Below are positions 18,530-28,249 of a stretch of 64,000 nucleotides of DNA, in pieces. The notes under the pieces are model-generated. The model was given only the letters and a program-made list of their open reading frames with translations. It made no database searches and was not told the origin of the DNA. A program made the translations under genes and the position numbers. Numbering within the stretch: the first letter of the stretch is position 1; each line of letters starts with the position of its first letter. This DNA is from an archaeon (lineage in GTDB: Archaea > Nanobdellota > Nanobdellia > SCGC-AAA011-G17 > GW2011-AR20), in assembly GCA_043808705.1 (NCBI GenBank), contig JAZDEO010000028.1:2703-66702 (forward strand), given 5' to 3'.

Positions 18530-19648
18530 ATGATTGTTAAGAAAATCTATAATTCTAGAGGTGAAAGTACAGTAGAGGTTGAATATAATAATGCTGTTGG
18601 AAGAGCGCCTTCTGGAGCATCTAAAGGTGTTAATGAAGTTAAAGACTATAATAAGGATATTGATTTAGAGATTAAAGATCTTAATAAATTAAGCAAAAAG
18701 ATTGAATCTTTAAAGATAAATTCTTTTGATGATCTTGCTAATGTTGAAGAAATTACTAAGGAACTTGGAGGGAATACAAAGATTGCATTAGAGTTCGCAA
18801 TATTTTTAAGCAAGCAAGGATATAAATGGTTGCCTGGAAGAAAATTACCAAGGCCTTTAGGAAATGTTATTGGAGGAGGGAAACATATTAAAGATGGATC
18901 TATAAACATACAGGAATTTTTAGTTGTTGATGGTGAGAGTGAAAGTTTCTTTGATTCTGCTTTTAAGAATTTAAAATTTCATAGATTTATTCATGAAAAA
19001 TTGGAAAGAATTGACAAATTATCTTATAAGAGAATGACAGATGAGGGAGCCTGGAGCCCTAATTTGAGAGATGAGGAAATATTAGATTTATTGTATAGTT
19101 GTTGTAAAAAATTTAAATTAAAACTGGGTATTGATATGGCATCTTCCTCTTTCTTTGATGGACAATATTATACTTATAAAGATGTTAACAAAGATAAAGA
19201 AAAAAAGCTTGATAGAGAGGAACAAATAAAATATGTTAATAAACTTATTAAGAGATATAATTTATATTATGTTGAGGATCCATTATCAGAAACAGACTTT
19301 GAGGGATTTTCTTATATAAGTAAAAAGGCTCTTGTTTGTGGAGATGATTTAGTAACAACTAATATCAAGAGATTAAAAAAGGCTATTGAGGAAAAATCAA
19401 TAAATGCTCTAATAATTAAGCCTAATCAGATTGGAAGTCTTGTAAAAATGAAAGAGGTTATATTAGAGGCTAAAAAATATAATATTGTTCCTGTAATATC
19501 TCATAGATCTGGAGAAACATTAGACTATAGTATATCTGATCTGGCTGTAGGATTTGAAATTCCTATAATTAAATGTGGAATATTCGGAAAAGAACGACAA
19601 GCCAAGATAGATAGATTAATACAGATAGAAAAGGAGCTTAACAAATAA
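18530..19648 (+). CDS. eno: enolase (phosphopyruvate hydratase), short form
   Basis: N-terminal …NSRGESTVEVE… and C-terminal …SHRSGETLDYSISDLAVG… enolase signature. Confidence 0.8.
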   Translation: MIVKKIYNSRGESTVEVEYNNAVGRAPSGASKGVNEVKDYNKDIDLEIKDLNKLSKKIESLKINSFDDLANVEEITKELGGNTKIALEFAIFLSKQGYKWLPGRKLPRPLGNVIGGGKHIKDGSINIQEFLVVDGESESFFDSAFKNLKFHRFIHEKLERIDKLSYKRMTDEGAWSPNLRDEEILDLLYSCCKKFKLKLGIDMASSSFFDGQYYTYKDVNKDKEKKLDREEQIKYVNKLIKRYNLYYVEDPLSETDFEGFSYISKKALVCGDDLVTTNIKRLKKAIEEKSINALIIKPNQIGSLVKMKEVILEAKKYNIVPVISHRSGETLDYSISDLAVGFEIPIIKCGIFGKERQAKIDRLIQIEKELNK

Positions 19649-19793
19649 TTGATTTTTTTTAAAGAAAATTAAAGATTAAATAATTTTTTAACTTTCTATT
19701 TTTTATGTTGTTTATTTAAATATATTTCTATAAATATAGAAAGATTTATAATTATAACAGCAAAATTTATATACTAAAAGATATAGTTTAAAT

Positions 19794-21002
19794 ATGAGAC
19801 TTATGAAAAAAATAGGTGATAGAAAAGCGCAGTCTGCTATGGAATATATTTTAACTTATGGCTGGGCTATTTTAGTTGTTCTTGTTGCTGTAAGTGCTTT
19901 ATTTTATCTGGGTGTTTTTTCTCCTAGGCCACCTAACAATTGTGGTATAACTGCTCCTTTTATTTGTAAGGATGTTATTGCTAATGAGAATAGTGTTGGT
20001 TTATTATTGGGAGGATCTGGAGTTAGTAGTGTTCAAATTGCTAGTATGAAATTAAATGGAAAGGATTGTGTTACAGCTGAATCTAATGGAAAAGGAGGAC
20101 AGTTATATGCTGATACTTCATTAAGTAATATAAATAACCAATTAACTATGGTTAGATGTGTTGGTATAACAAATACTGTTGGCCAAAAAATAAGTGCTGA
20201 AATAAATGTAAATTATGTTTCTGCTCAAACAGGATTATCTCATGTTATTACAGGATATGCCTTTAGTGCTGGAGAAACTGGAAGAGGAACTTTTGATCAA
20301 AGCCACGTTCTTGATAGTTCTATGGTCTTAAATTATGATTTTGAAAGTGTTACAACAGGTAGTAAAGGAGTTAATGATTTATCTGGGAAAAATAATCTAG
20401 GTACTTTAAATGGTGCTGGCGGATTAAATTTTTGTGATAATGTTGGTAAATTTGGAAAAGGTTGTTTATTTAATAATATTAACACTTATATAAGTGTAGA
20501 TGATAGTGACACATTAGATTTTACTGGTTCTGAAGAATTTAGCATTGAATTATGGGTTTATGCCAGTTCAATTAATACAGACGCAATTATATTAAAGACG
20601 ACAGGAATAACATTTCCTCCAACACCCAACGGATATGGATTCTACTTAGTAAGTAATAGATTGAGATATATAATAGGTGATGGATCAGTTTATAGAGATA
20701 CAGACCTTGGTATTTTTTCAACATTAAGTTGGAAACATATAGTAGCTGTATTTGATAGACCAAGCACAGTTAATTTTTATGTAAATGGGCAATTACAAAC
20801 AGTTGCTACACCTAGTTTTGGGGATATTAATAATAACCAAAATCTTTATCTTGGTATGTATTCCTCCTCAAACTTCTTTGAAGGTAAATTAGATTCAGTA
20901 GTAATTTATAATAGGGTTTTATCACCAGAGGAAATAAGAGACCATTATTGTTATACAGAGAAAAATATTGATATAACAAATTGTAATACTTGGGCTCCTT
21001 AG
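19794..21002 (+). CDS. type IV pilin-like protein (class III signal peptide) with C-terminal LamG/ConA-like domain
   Basis: RKA|QSAMEYILTYGWAILVV prepilin-type N-terminus; C-terminal …FSIELWVYASS…LDSVVIYNRVLSPEEI… LamG-like jelly-roll pattern. Confidence 0.6.
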   Translation: MRLMKKIGDRKAQSAMEYILTYGWAILVVLVAVSALFYLGVFSPRPPNNCGITAPFICKDVIANENSVGLLLGGSGVSSVQIASMKLNGKDCVTAESNGKGGQLYADTSLSNINNQLTMVRCVGITNTVGQKISAEINVNYVSAQTGLSHVITGYAFSAGETGRGTFDQSHVLDSSMVLNYDFESVTTGSKGVNDLSGKNNLGTLNGAGGLNFCDNVGKFGKGCLFNNINTYISVDDSDTLDFTGSEEFSIELWVYASSINTDAIILKTTGITFPPTPNGYGFYLVSNRLRYIIGDGSVYRDTDLGIFSTLSWKHIVAVFDRPSTVNFYVNGQLQTVATPSFGDINNNQNLYLGMYSSSNFFEGKLDSVVIYNRVLSPEEIRDHYCYTEKNIDITNCNTWAP

Positions 21003-21128
21003 TAATTAATTTTTGCTTTAAATAATTTTATCACTTTAAAATAGAAAATATAAATCGAAAGCTATATAAATGAAATATTGTTTATAAAACATTATTATAA
21101 TAAATCTATATAAAAGGAGGTGTATTAA

Positions 21129-21809
21129 ATGGCAATTGATGCTGTTACGGCAACTGGTTCTTTGATAATTAATCCACTATTAAGTCTATGGATAGGTTTT
21201 GTTAACGTTCTTCCTGGCTTAGTTGCTGCTATTATAATATTATTAATAGGATATTTTGTAGCTCTAGGAATCGGACATTTATTAAGAATAATTTTAGAAA
21301 AAGCAGGCTTAGATAATTATATGCAGAGGTCTAAGCTAAGCAAGAGTGTAGGTCATATGAAGTTAAGCCATATTTTTGGAGAGATAACAAAATGGTATAT
21401 CTTCATAATATTCCTACAAGCTGGTGTTGACTTATTGAATTTAGGAACATTATCTGCTATTCTAAATGAATTTGTTTTGTGGGTTCCTAATGTAATCATT
21501 GCAGCAATTATCGTTATATTTGGAATTGCATTCAGTCATTTCCTAGGAATGAAGATAGAAGAACATACAGAGATGAGTGGAGTAAAGTTTTTTAGTAAAC
21601 TAGTAAAAGTAGTAATCTTGTTTATAGTGATTGTTATTGGATTACAACAAATTGGGGTAGATGCTTCAATACTAGAAAACACATTCTTGATAATTGTTGG
21701 AGCATTGGCAATTGGAATTGCAGTAGCTTTAGGAATTGGACTTGGTGGAGCATTGAAGACTGATGGAAGAGGAATAATAGATGACATAAAGAAGTTATTA
21801 AAACACTAA
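21129..21809 (+). CDS. integral membrane protein with repeated conserved TM helices
   Basis: Several hydrophobic helices, repeat-like Gly-rich TM segments. Confidence 0.45.
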   Translation: MAIDAVTATGSLIINPLLSLWIGFVNVLPGLVAAIIILLIGYFVALGIGHLLRIILEKAGLDNYMQRSKLSKSVGHMKLSHIFGEITKWYIFIIFLQAGVDLLNLGTLSAILNEFVLWVPNVIIAAIIVIFGIAFSHFLGMKIEEHTEMSGVKFFSKLVKVVILFIVIVIGLQQIGVDASILENTFLIIVGALAIGIAVALGIGLGGALKTDGRGIIDDIKKLLKH

Positions 21810-21902
21810 ACTTTTTCTTTTTTTCTTTTATATTTTTTATATTGATAAAACTTAAATACAAGTATCTTATTCTTTATAAAAATAGGGGTAAATAAAAGTA
21901 TT

Positions 21903-23060
21903 ATGAGAACAATTGGTATTCTTACAGGTGGAGGAGATGTTGCTGGATTAAACGCTGTAATAAGAGATATAACATTTGGACTTTTAGATAGTGGAAGAGA
22001 ATTTAATGTTGTTGGCATAAGAAGGGGTTGGGGTGGCCTTGTATATATGGATCCTAATGATAACACCAACATTAGTAAGCATATAATGGTTTTAGACAAG
22101 TCAAACACAAGAAAAATAGATAGAGATGGCGGAACAATTCTTCACACATCCAGAGTTAGCCCCCTTCATGTCAAGAATCATCCAAACTTATTGAGATTTA
22201 GAGGAATAGCCTTAGAAGATAAAATTGATATGAATATGACTTCAGATCTAATTCATAATCTTGAAAATTTAGGTATTGATACTCTTGTTGTAATAGGTGG
22301 TGATGATACATTAAGCTATGCACGTTATTTGTATAAAATGGGTTTTAAGATAATAGGTGTGCCTAAAACAATGGACGGAGATGTTAATGGTACTGATTAC
22401 TGTATTGGTTTTTCTTCAGCAATATCTAGAGCAAAAAAAGATTTTAAATCTTTAAGAACTGCTTTTGGTTCCCAAGAAGGAATAGGAGTAGTTGAAATAT
22501 TTGGAAGGGATTCTGGTTTTAGCGCACTTTATACAGCTTATGTTGCTAAACCAGATAGACTTATTATTCCTGAAGTGCCATTTGATATTGAAAGACTTGC
22601 AGAATTTTTAGTAAAGGACAGGATGGATAGCCCAAGTGAATATTCTTGTGTTATAATATCAGAGGGATCAACTATAATTGGACAGGGGCAAGTATTTATA
22701 AGTAATATACAAGACGGATTTGGGCACCCAAAATTAGGAGGCATAGGTGATAAAGTAGCAGAATACATTAAAAGAACCAAAGGAATAGACTATATTTCAG
22801 AAAGATTTAGATACCTTCTTAGATCAGGAGACCCAGATCCACTTGATAGTTTTGCTGCGTCACAATATGCTTCTCTTGCTGTAAATGCAATTTTAAATAA
22901 TGAACATGGAATTATGACAGCAAAGAGGGATGGAAAATATTGTTCTGTTCCTTTAAACGATTCTGAAGGCACAAAAAGGGTTGATGTTCCTAACTTTTAT
23001 GATGCTGAAAATTATATACCTTTATTTAACAATCCTCAAGGAAAATCATTTATTCTTTAA
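21903..23060 (+). CDS. pfk: 6-phosphofructokinase (ATP/PPi-dependent PFK-A family)
   Basis: GILTGGGDVAGLNAVIRD…VVIGGDDTLSYA…GVPKTMDGDV… PFK motifs. Confidence 0.85.
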   Translation: MRTIGILTGGGDVAGLNAVIRDITFGLLDSGREFNVVGIRRGWGGLVYMDPNDNTNISKHIMVLDKSNTRKIDRDGGTILHTSRVSPLHVKNHPNLLRFRGIALEDKIDMNMTSDLIHNLENLGIDTLVVIGGDDTLSYARYLYKMGFKIIGVPKTMDGDVNGTDYCIGFSSAISRAKKDFKSLRTAFGSQEGIGVVEIFGRDSGFSALYTAYVAKPDRLIIPEVPFDIERLAEFLVKDRMDSPSEYSCVIISEGSTIIGQGQVFISNIQDGFGHPKLGGIGDKVAEYIKRTKGIDYISERFRYLLRSGDPDPLDSFAASQYASLAVNAILNNEHGIMTAKRDGKYCSVPLNDSEGTKRVDVPNFYDAENYIPLFNNPQGKSFIL

Positions 23061-24684
23061 TCTTAAATTCTTTAACTCTAGATGTTTTTTCCTTAAGCTC
23101 CTGTAAATGTAAGCTATCTATTTTCTTAAATAATAATTCTGGCTGATTTATCTTTTTGATATTAAATTTTTTAATATTGCTAAAATCATTTTCTTTACAA
23201 TTTAAAAGTTCTAATATTCTTTTAGAGGTTCCAGGCAAAAAGGGCTGGATTAATAACCCTAAAACCTTGCATAGATTAATGCAGTTAAATAAAGCATCTT
23301 CATCTATTGTTTTCCAAGGTTCTTTTTTCTGAAAGTATTTATTGCCATGGTCTGATAATTTTAATATTTCTTCTAATGCTTTTCTAAGTTCTACCTTTTC
23401 ATATAGATCAAGAATAATATCTATTCTTTTAGAAACTTCATCATAGAATTCTTTATCTATCTTACCTTTTGTTTTTCCATTAAAATTTTTGTATATAAAT
23501 GAAGATGTTCTGTTTATGAAATTTGAAAAATTATCTATTAAATCATTATTTATTCTTTCCTTGAAATCGTTCCATAAAAATTCAGTATCAGATGTTTCTG
23601 GAATTACAAATGACAAGTAGAACCTCCAATAATCCACATCTAGATCAATATTTAATAAATTCTCACAAAATATTCCATGATGTTTTGATTTTGAAAACTT
23701 ACTACCTTCATAATTTAAATATTGTAGGCCCACTACATTGTATGGAAGATTAAATGAACCTTCTGCCATTAATTCTGCTGGAAATAAAATAGTATGAAAA
23801 GGTATGTTGTCTTTTCCAATGAAATGATATATTTTAGATTTTTTATTCTTCCAGTACATCTCCCAATCTGCTGTAAATTCCTTTGTTGAACTTATATAGC
23901 CAATAGCAGCTTCAGCCCAGACATATATCTTCATGTCTTCATATCCAGATATAGGAACAGGAATACCCCAGTTAATATCTCTGGTTACATCTCTTGGAGT
24001 TAATCCTTCATTAAGCCAAGACATAGCTATGCTCTTTACTGTGTTTCTAAGATTTTTATTCTCTTCTATCCACTTTCTTAATTTTTCAGATAATTTCGGG
24101 AGATTAAAGAATAAATGTTTCTTTTCAATGAATTCTATGTTCTTTTTATTACATACTGTACAGATAGGATTTATAAGTTCTATAGGCTCTAATATTTTTG
24201 AGCATTTTTCACATTGGTCCCCCCTTGCATTTTCATAATTGCAAATAGGACATTTACCTCTAATATATCTATCAGCTAGGGATCTTTTACAATTATTACA
24301 GAAAGGAATCTTAACTCTTTTTTCTATAAAATAATTGTTTTTATACATCTTAAGAAAAAATTCCTGAGCTGTTTTGTGATGTATTTCCTTAGATGTTCTT
24401 GAAAAGTTATCATAACTTATATTAAACCAAGTATAGATATCTTTATGAATCTTATAGAAAAAGTCACATAATTCTTTAGGGCTTACATTATAAATTTGAG
24501 CGGCTATCTCTGAAGTAGTTCCATGTTCATCTGTACCACCTATAAATAAAATTTTATGCTTGCATAATCTTGAATATCTAGCAAAAATATCTGCTGGCAG
24601 ATGACTTCCAACAATATTACCTATATGAGGTACATTATTTGTATATGGGAGTGCTGCTGTTACTAATCTTAATTCCTTTTTCAT
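23050..24684 (-). CDS. metG: methionyl-tRNA synthetase
   Basis: HIGN (HIGH-class) motif, Cys-knuckle zinc motifs, KFSKSK (KMSKS). Confidence 0.9.
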   Translation of the reverse strand: MKKELRLVTAALPYTNNVPHIGNIVGSHLPADIFARYSRLCKHKILFIGGTDEHGTTSEIAAQIYNVSPKELCDFFYKIHKDIYTWFNISYDNFSRTSKEIHHKTAQEFFLKMYKNNYFIEKRVKIPFCNNCKRSLADRYIRGKCPICNYENARGDQCEKCSKILEPIELINPICTVCNKKNIEFIEKKHLFFNLPKLSEKLRKWIEENKNLRNTVKSIAMSWLNEGLTPRDVTRDINWGIPVPISGYEDMKIYVWAEAAIGYISSTKEFTADWEMYWKNKKSKIYHFIGKDNIPFHTILFPAELMAEGSFNLPYNVVGLQYLNYEGSKFSKSKHHGIFCENLLNIDLDVDYWRFYLSFVIPETSDTEFLWNDFKERINNDLIDNFSNFINRTSSFIYKNFNGKTKGKIDKEFYDEVSKRIDIILDLYEKVELRKALEEILKLSDHGNKYFQKKEPWKTIDEDALFNCINLCKVLGLLIQPFLPGTSKRILELLNCKENDFSNIKKFNIKKINQPELLFKKIDSLHLQELKEKTSRVKEFKIKE

Positions 24685-24781
24685 GATAAAAGAAAGATTT
24701 TTTTGATTTATAAATGTTTTATTTTATGATTCTATGTTATATAATATGTATATATCAGAATTTTTAGGGCTTGGAGAATAT

Positions 24782-24967
24782 CTAAACCCCCTTTAATTCA
24801 AAACCAAAAGGAATTGATTTTTTTGGTCTTTGGTAGTAATCTCCTAATTTTCTTTCGATAATTTTTGTTGTAGCTTCTGTTAACATATCTCTATTTAAAT
24901 ATAATGTTCCTTTTAAAATAGACAAATCATTTGCGCTTATAACTTCTGGATATTTTCTGTTATTCAT
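24782..24967 (-). CDS. hypothetical small protein (61 aa)
   Basis: ORF only. Confidence 0.2.
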   Translation of the reverse strand: MNNRKYPEVISANDLSILKGTLYLNRDMLTEATTKIIERKLGDYYQRPKKSIPFGFELKGV

Positions 24968-25060
24968 GTTTGTTTTAATAAAAAACTATTTATAAAATTT
25001 GCTACATTATACAAATCTAAAATAATAAGATTTATAAAGGATGTACTTTTAAAAAAGCTC

Positions 25061-25645
25061 ATGACTGAAGAAAAATTACTAGTACCATTAGAAGATTACT
25101 TGAAAGCGGGCATACATATAGGAACTAAATACAAATGTAAGTATATGGAGCCTTTTATATACAAGTCTAGAAGTGATGGTTTACTTGTTCTAAATGTACA
25201 GGAAGTAAATAAAAGACTAGAGCTAGCTTGTAAGATGATATCTCAATATGATGCTAAGGATATATTAATTGTCTGTAGAAGAGAGAATGGATGGCATGCG
25301 GTTAAATTGTTTTCTGAAGTAACAGGAATTAAAAGTTTTGCTGGAAGATATCCTCCTGGAATTTTAACAAATCGTGAACTGGACAATTTCATTGAAATAA
25401 AATTGATGATTGTTGTGGATCCATGGCCAGACAAGAATGCAGTCAAGGATGCCTTAGATATTAATGTTCCTGTTATTGCCTTATGTGACACAAATAATGA
25501 AAGCAATAAATTAGATTTAGTTGTTCCATGCAATAACAAAGGTAAAAAGAGCTTAGGCTTAATATTTTGGATATTTGCTAATGAATACTTAAAGAATAGA
25601 AACAAAAAACTAGAAAAGACTATTGATGATTTTACAGCAGAATAA
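25061..25645 (+). CDS. rps2: 30S ribosomal protein S2 (uS2)
   Basis: …YLKAGIHIGTKYKCKYMEPFIYKSRSDGLLVLNV… uS2 signature. Confidence 0.85.
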   Translation: MTEEKLLVPLEDYLKAGIHIGTKYKCKYMEPFIYKSRSDGLLVLNVQEVNKRLELACKMISQYDAKDILIVCRRENGWHAVKLFSEVTGIKSFAGRYPPGILTNRELDNFIEIKLMIVVDPWPDKNAVKDALDINVPVIALCDTNNESNKLDLVVPCNNKGKKSLGLIFWIFANEYLKNRNKKLEKTIDDFTAE

Positions 25646-25711
25646 ATGATAAGCTTTATATATATAAAAGATATATAAAAATAACATAAAAGCTTATTAA
25701 AATAATAAGAG

Positions 25712-27106
25712 GTGTGTATGATGAAAAAATTGTTAATCTTTTTAGTTTTATTAATATCTGTTTCTAGTGCTTATGCTGCTTTTTATGATGTTAGCTATGA
25801 GGATGTTAATAGTGTAATCTTACCTGGACAAAAAGCAATATTTAATGTTAACATAAGAAATTTACAGGCTATTAGTGATACTGCAACATTTGTATTATCT
25901 GATTTGGATTGGGAGTGGGAAAAAAAGAATTTTAATTTACCAATAGGTGGACAGACTAGTTTTCAGTTAGAATTAACCCCTCCAGAAAATACTGTATCTG
26001 GTAGACATGCTTTAACTTTAAAGGTTTATTCTTTAAATAATCCTGAAAATTATGTTTATGACAATTTACTTGTTGATGTTTTGCCTTATGAAAATGTTAT
26101 TGGTGTTGAGGGTATTGAAACATCTTTGCCCGAAGGCCTTGATCCTAGAAAAACAAATAAGATTAAATTATTATTAAAGAATAAGTACAATATAGATATA
26201 AATGATGTTTATATTGAATTAAGAAGCGAATTATTTAATAAGGAGTTTACTGTTGATTTTGAGGGTGCTGAACTAAAGGAGATAGAATTTGATGTTGATA
26301 TTGATCCTGATACTATTGAAGGTGAGTATGATATTAATGTTGTTGCAAAACTAGGCCTTAATAAATTATTAGATGATAAAACAAAGTTAAATGTTGTTTA
26401 TTATAGTGATGTTAAGTCTGATGTTCAGGAAAGCACTGGTTTCTTGGTTAAGGATGTTTATGTTCATAAAAGGAATGATGGCAATTCTGTTATAGAACAA
26501 GAATATAGCTTAAGATTAGGCTCTTTTGAAAAAATATTCACATATGCAGATATAGAGCCAACTTATAAGGAAAAGAGGGGAGATGGTTATTATTATATAT
26601 GGAATTTTGAATTACAACCAGGCCAGGAATATAATGTACATGTAAGAACAAACTATAGGGATCCTTTACTTGTGTTAATAATATTAGGATTGATATTCTA
26701 TATATTGTATTATAATTTGACTAAGAAGGTTACATTAAAGAAGAAGATATTGACATTAAAAAGCAATGAGGGTATTTCAGAGATGAAGGTCTTACTTATA
26801 TTAAAGAATCCTGGTAAGAAAACAATTAAAACAATAAGATTAGTTGATCAATTGCATAATATTGTTAAGGTTCCTGATACTTTTGGAAGTCTAAAACCTA
26901 GCAGTATTAAAAAATATGATGATAGAGTAGTTTTAGTATGGGATATTGACAACATTATAGGTGGAGAGGAACGAGTAATATCATATAAGGTTAAAGCTGA
27001 AGTAAATATTATTGGTAGACTAACAATACCAAGAGCATTATGCAGATATAGAAAAGGTAATAGAACTGTTATTGTCAGATCTAATAACAACAGTATTTAT
27101 TCTTAA
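25712..27106 (+). CDS. secreted protein with Sec signal peptide and C-terminal TM anchor (464 aa)
   Basis: N-terminal LLIFLVLLISVSSAYA and a hydrophobic helix near aa 320. Confidence 0.4.
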   Translation: MCMMKKLLIFLVLLISVSSAYAAFYDVSYEDVNSVILPGQKAIFNVNIRNLQAISDTATFVLSDLDWEWEKKNFNLPIGGQTSFQLELTPPENTVSGRHALTLKVYSLNNPENYVYDNLLVDVLPYENVIGVEGIETSLPEGLDPRKTNKIKLLLKNKYNIDINDVYIELRSELFNKEFTVDFEGAELKEIEFDVDIDPDTIEGEYDINVVAKLGLNKLLDDKTKLNVVYYSDVKSDVQESTGFLVKDVYVHKRNDGNSVIEQEYSLRLGSFEKIFTYADIEPTYKEKRGDGYYYIWNFELQPGQEYNVHVRTNYRDPLLVLIILGLIFYILYYNLTKKVTLKKKILTLKSNEGISEMKVLLILKNPGKKTIKTIRLVDQLHNIVKVPDTFGSLKPSSIKKYDDRVVLVWDIDNIIGGEERVISYKVKAEVNIIGRLTIPRALCRYRKGNRTVIVRSNNNSIYS

Positions 27107-27187
27107 TCTTTTTTAATTTTTATATAATTTTTTTAATTACTTTCTTTAATAGTTAAGTTTATTAATCAAAAATAATTATAAAGATTT

Positions 27188-27760
27188 ATGAAAGATGGTG
27201 ATAAAATAAGTAAGAAAAGAGGTCAGTTCTGGTATAGTGATTATTTAATTGGAATAATGGTTTTTATGGTTATTGGGTTCTTATTTTTTAGGACTTTTGT
27301 TGATGTATCTACTAGCAACTCTTTGATGGAAAACCTGATTGATGACGGTATTTCAATAAGCAATTCCTTTATGAGTTCTGGTTATTTGCCTGATTACTGG
27401 GATGATGCTGTTCCTGATGGGAGAATAGGTTTTGTTGATAACGGTAAATTAAATATTGATTTTTATCAGAATTTTACTAATTTAATTGTTCAGGGTGATT
27501 ATGAAAAATCTAAGTATTTGATTGGAACAAGATATGACTACATAGTATATTTTGAGGATGAGAATGGAAATCCTATTGAGAATAATGGTATATTAATGGT
27601 ACTTGGAAAATATTCTAGTTTAACTGAACTTAATAACGCAAATGCAGATGCTATTGTTAAAATAATAAGATTTGTGTGGGTTGATGAGTATGAAACACCT
27701 ATTGCTAATCCTAATGATAAGGGAAGAATCTTAAGAATGGTGGTGATTGTATGGAAATAA
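27188..27760 (+). CDS. pilin-like protein (class III signal peptide)
   Basis: KKRG|QFWYSDYLIGIMVFMVIGF prepilin-like N-terminus. Confidence 0.4.
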   Translation: MKDGDKISKKRGQFWYSDYLIGIMVFMVIGFLFFRTFVDVSTSNSLMENLIDDGISISNSFMSSGYLPDYWDDAVPDGRIGFVDNGKLNIDFYQNFTNLIVQGDYEKSKYLIGTRYDYIVYFEDENGNPIENNGILMVLGKYSSLTELNNANADAIVKIIRFVWVDEYETPIANPNDKGRILRMVVIVWK

Positions 27761-28206
27761 AAAAAGGATTCTTCTTTTCAATTGATGCATTTTTCGCTTT
27801 AATACTCTTTGTACTTATAATAATGTTGGTATATTCCTTTTTTATTAATGTAGGGAGTTTAAGACAGCAGTATTATTTTTCAGAGGATTTATTTAATGTT
27901 ATGAATAGTGTCAAGATTAAAGAGCTTGATGAAACTAATTATACGGAATTTGTTAAATTAGGAGAATTAAATAATAATAGGACAATTATGGAACAAATAG
28001 TTACTTATAGATTAAATTCATCAAGTGTAAATGATTGGGCTTGGAATAATGCTACAATATTGACTGGTATAGTTATTGAGGATTTAACAGGTCAATATGG
28101 TGCTTCTCTTAATATCGAGGGGCTTATATGGCCTGAAAATGAAGAGAGTGCTACAAATATTGTTGTTAGACAAAGAATAGCTAGTGGAGAAGTTAAGATA
28201 GAGTAA
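27751..28206 (+). CDS. pilin-like protein (class III signal peptide)
   Basis: KKG|FFFSIDAFFALILFVLII prepilin-like N-terminus; overlaps the previous ORF like an operon. Confidence 0.4.
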   Translation: MEIKKGFFFSIDAFFALILFVLIIMLVYSFFINVGSLRQQYYFSEDLFNVMNSVKIKELDETNYTEFVKLGELNNNRTIMEQIVTYRLNSSSVNDWAWNNATILTGIVIEDLTGQYGASLNIEGLIWPENEESATNIVVRQRIASGEVKIE

Positions 28207-28249
28207 AGGGATAATTTTTATTTATAACTATTTAAAAAAAGAAAAGTTT

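Noticed and set aside
113-21861. Numerous antisense ORFs overlapping conserved genes. Examples are 113-295, 1606-1845, 4462-4695, 5456-5653, 9258-9657, 10920-11257, 14411-14905 and 21536-21861.
   Set aside because: They sit opposite well-supported ribosomal and core genes and are low-complexity or hydrophobic. These are frame artefacts of an AT-rich genome.
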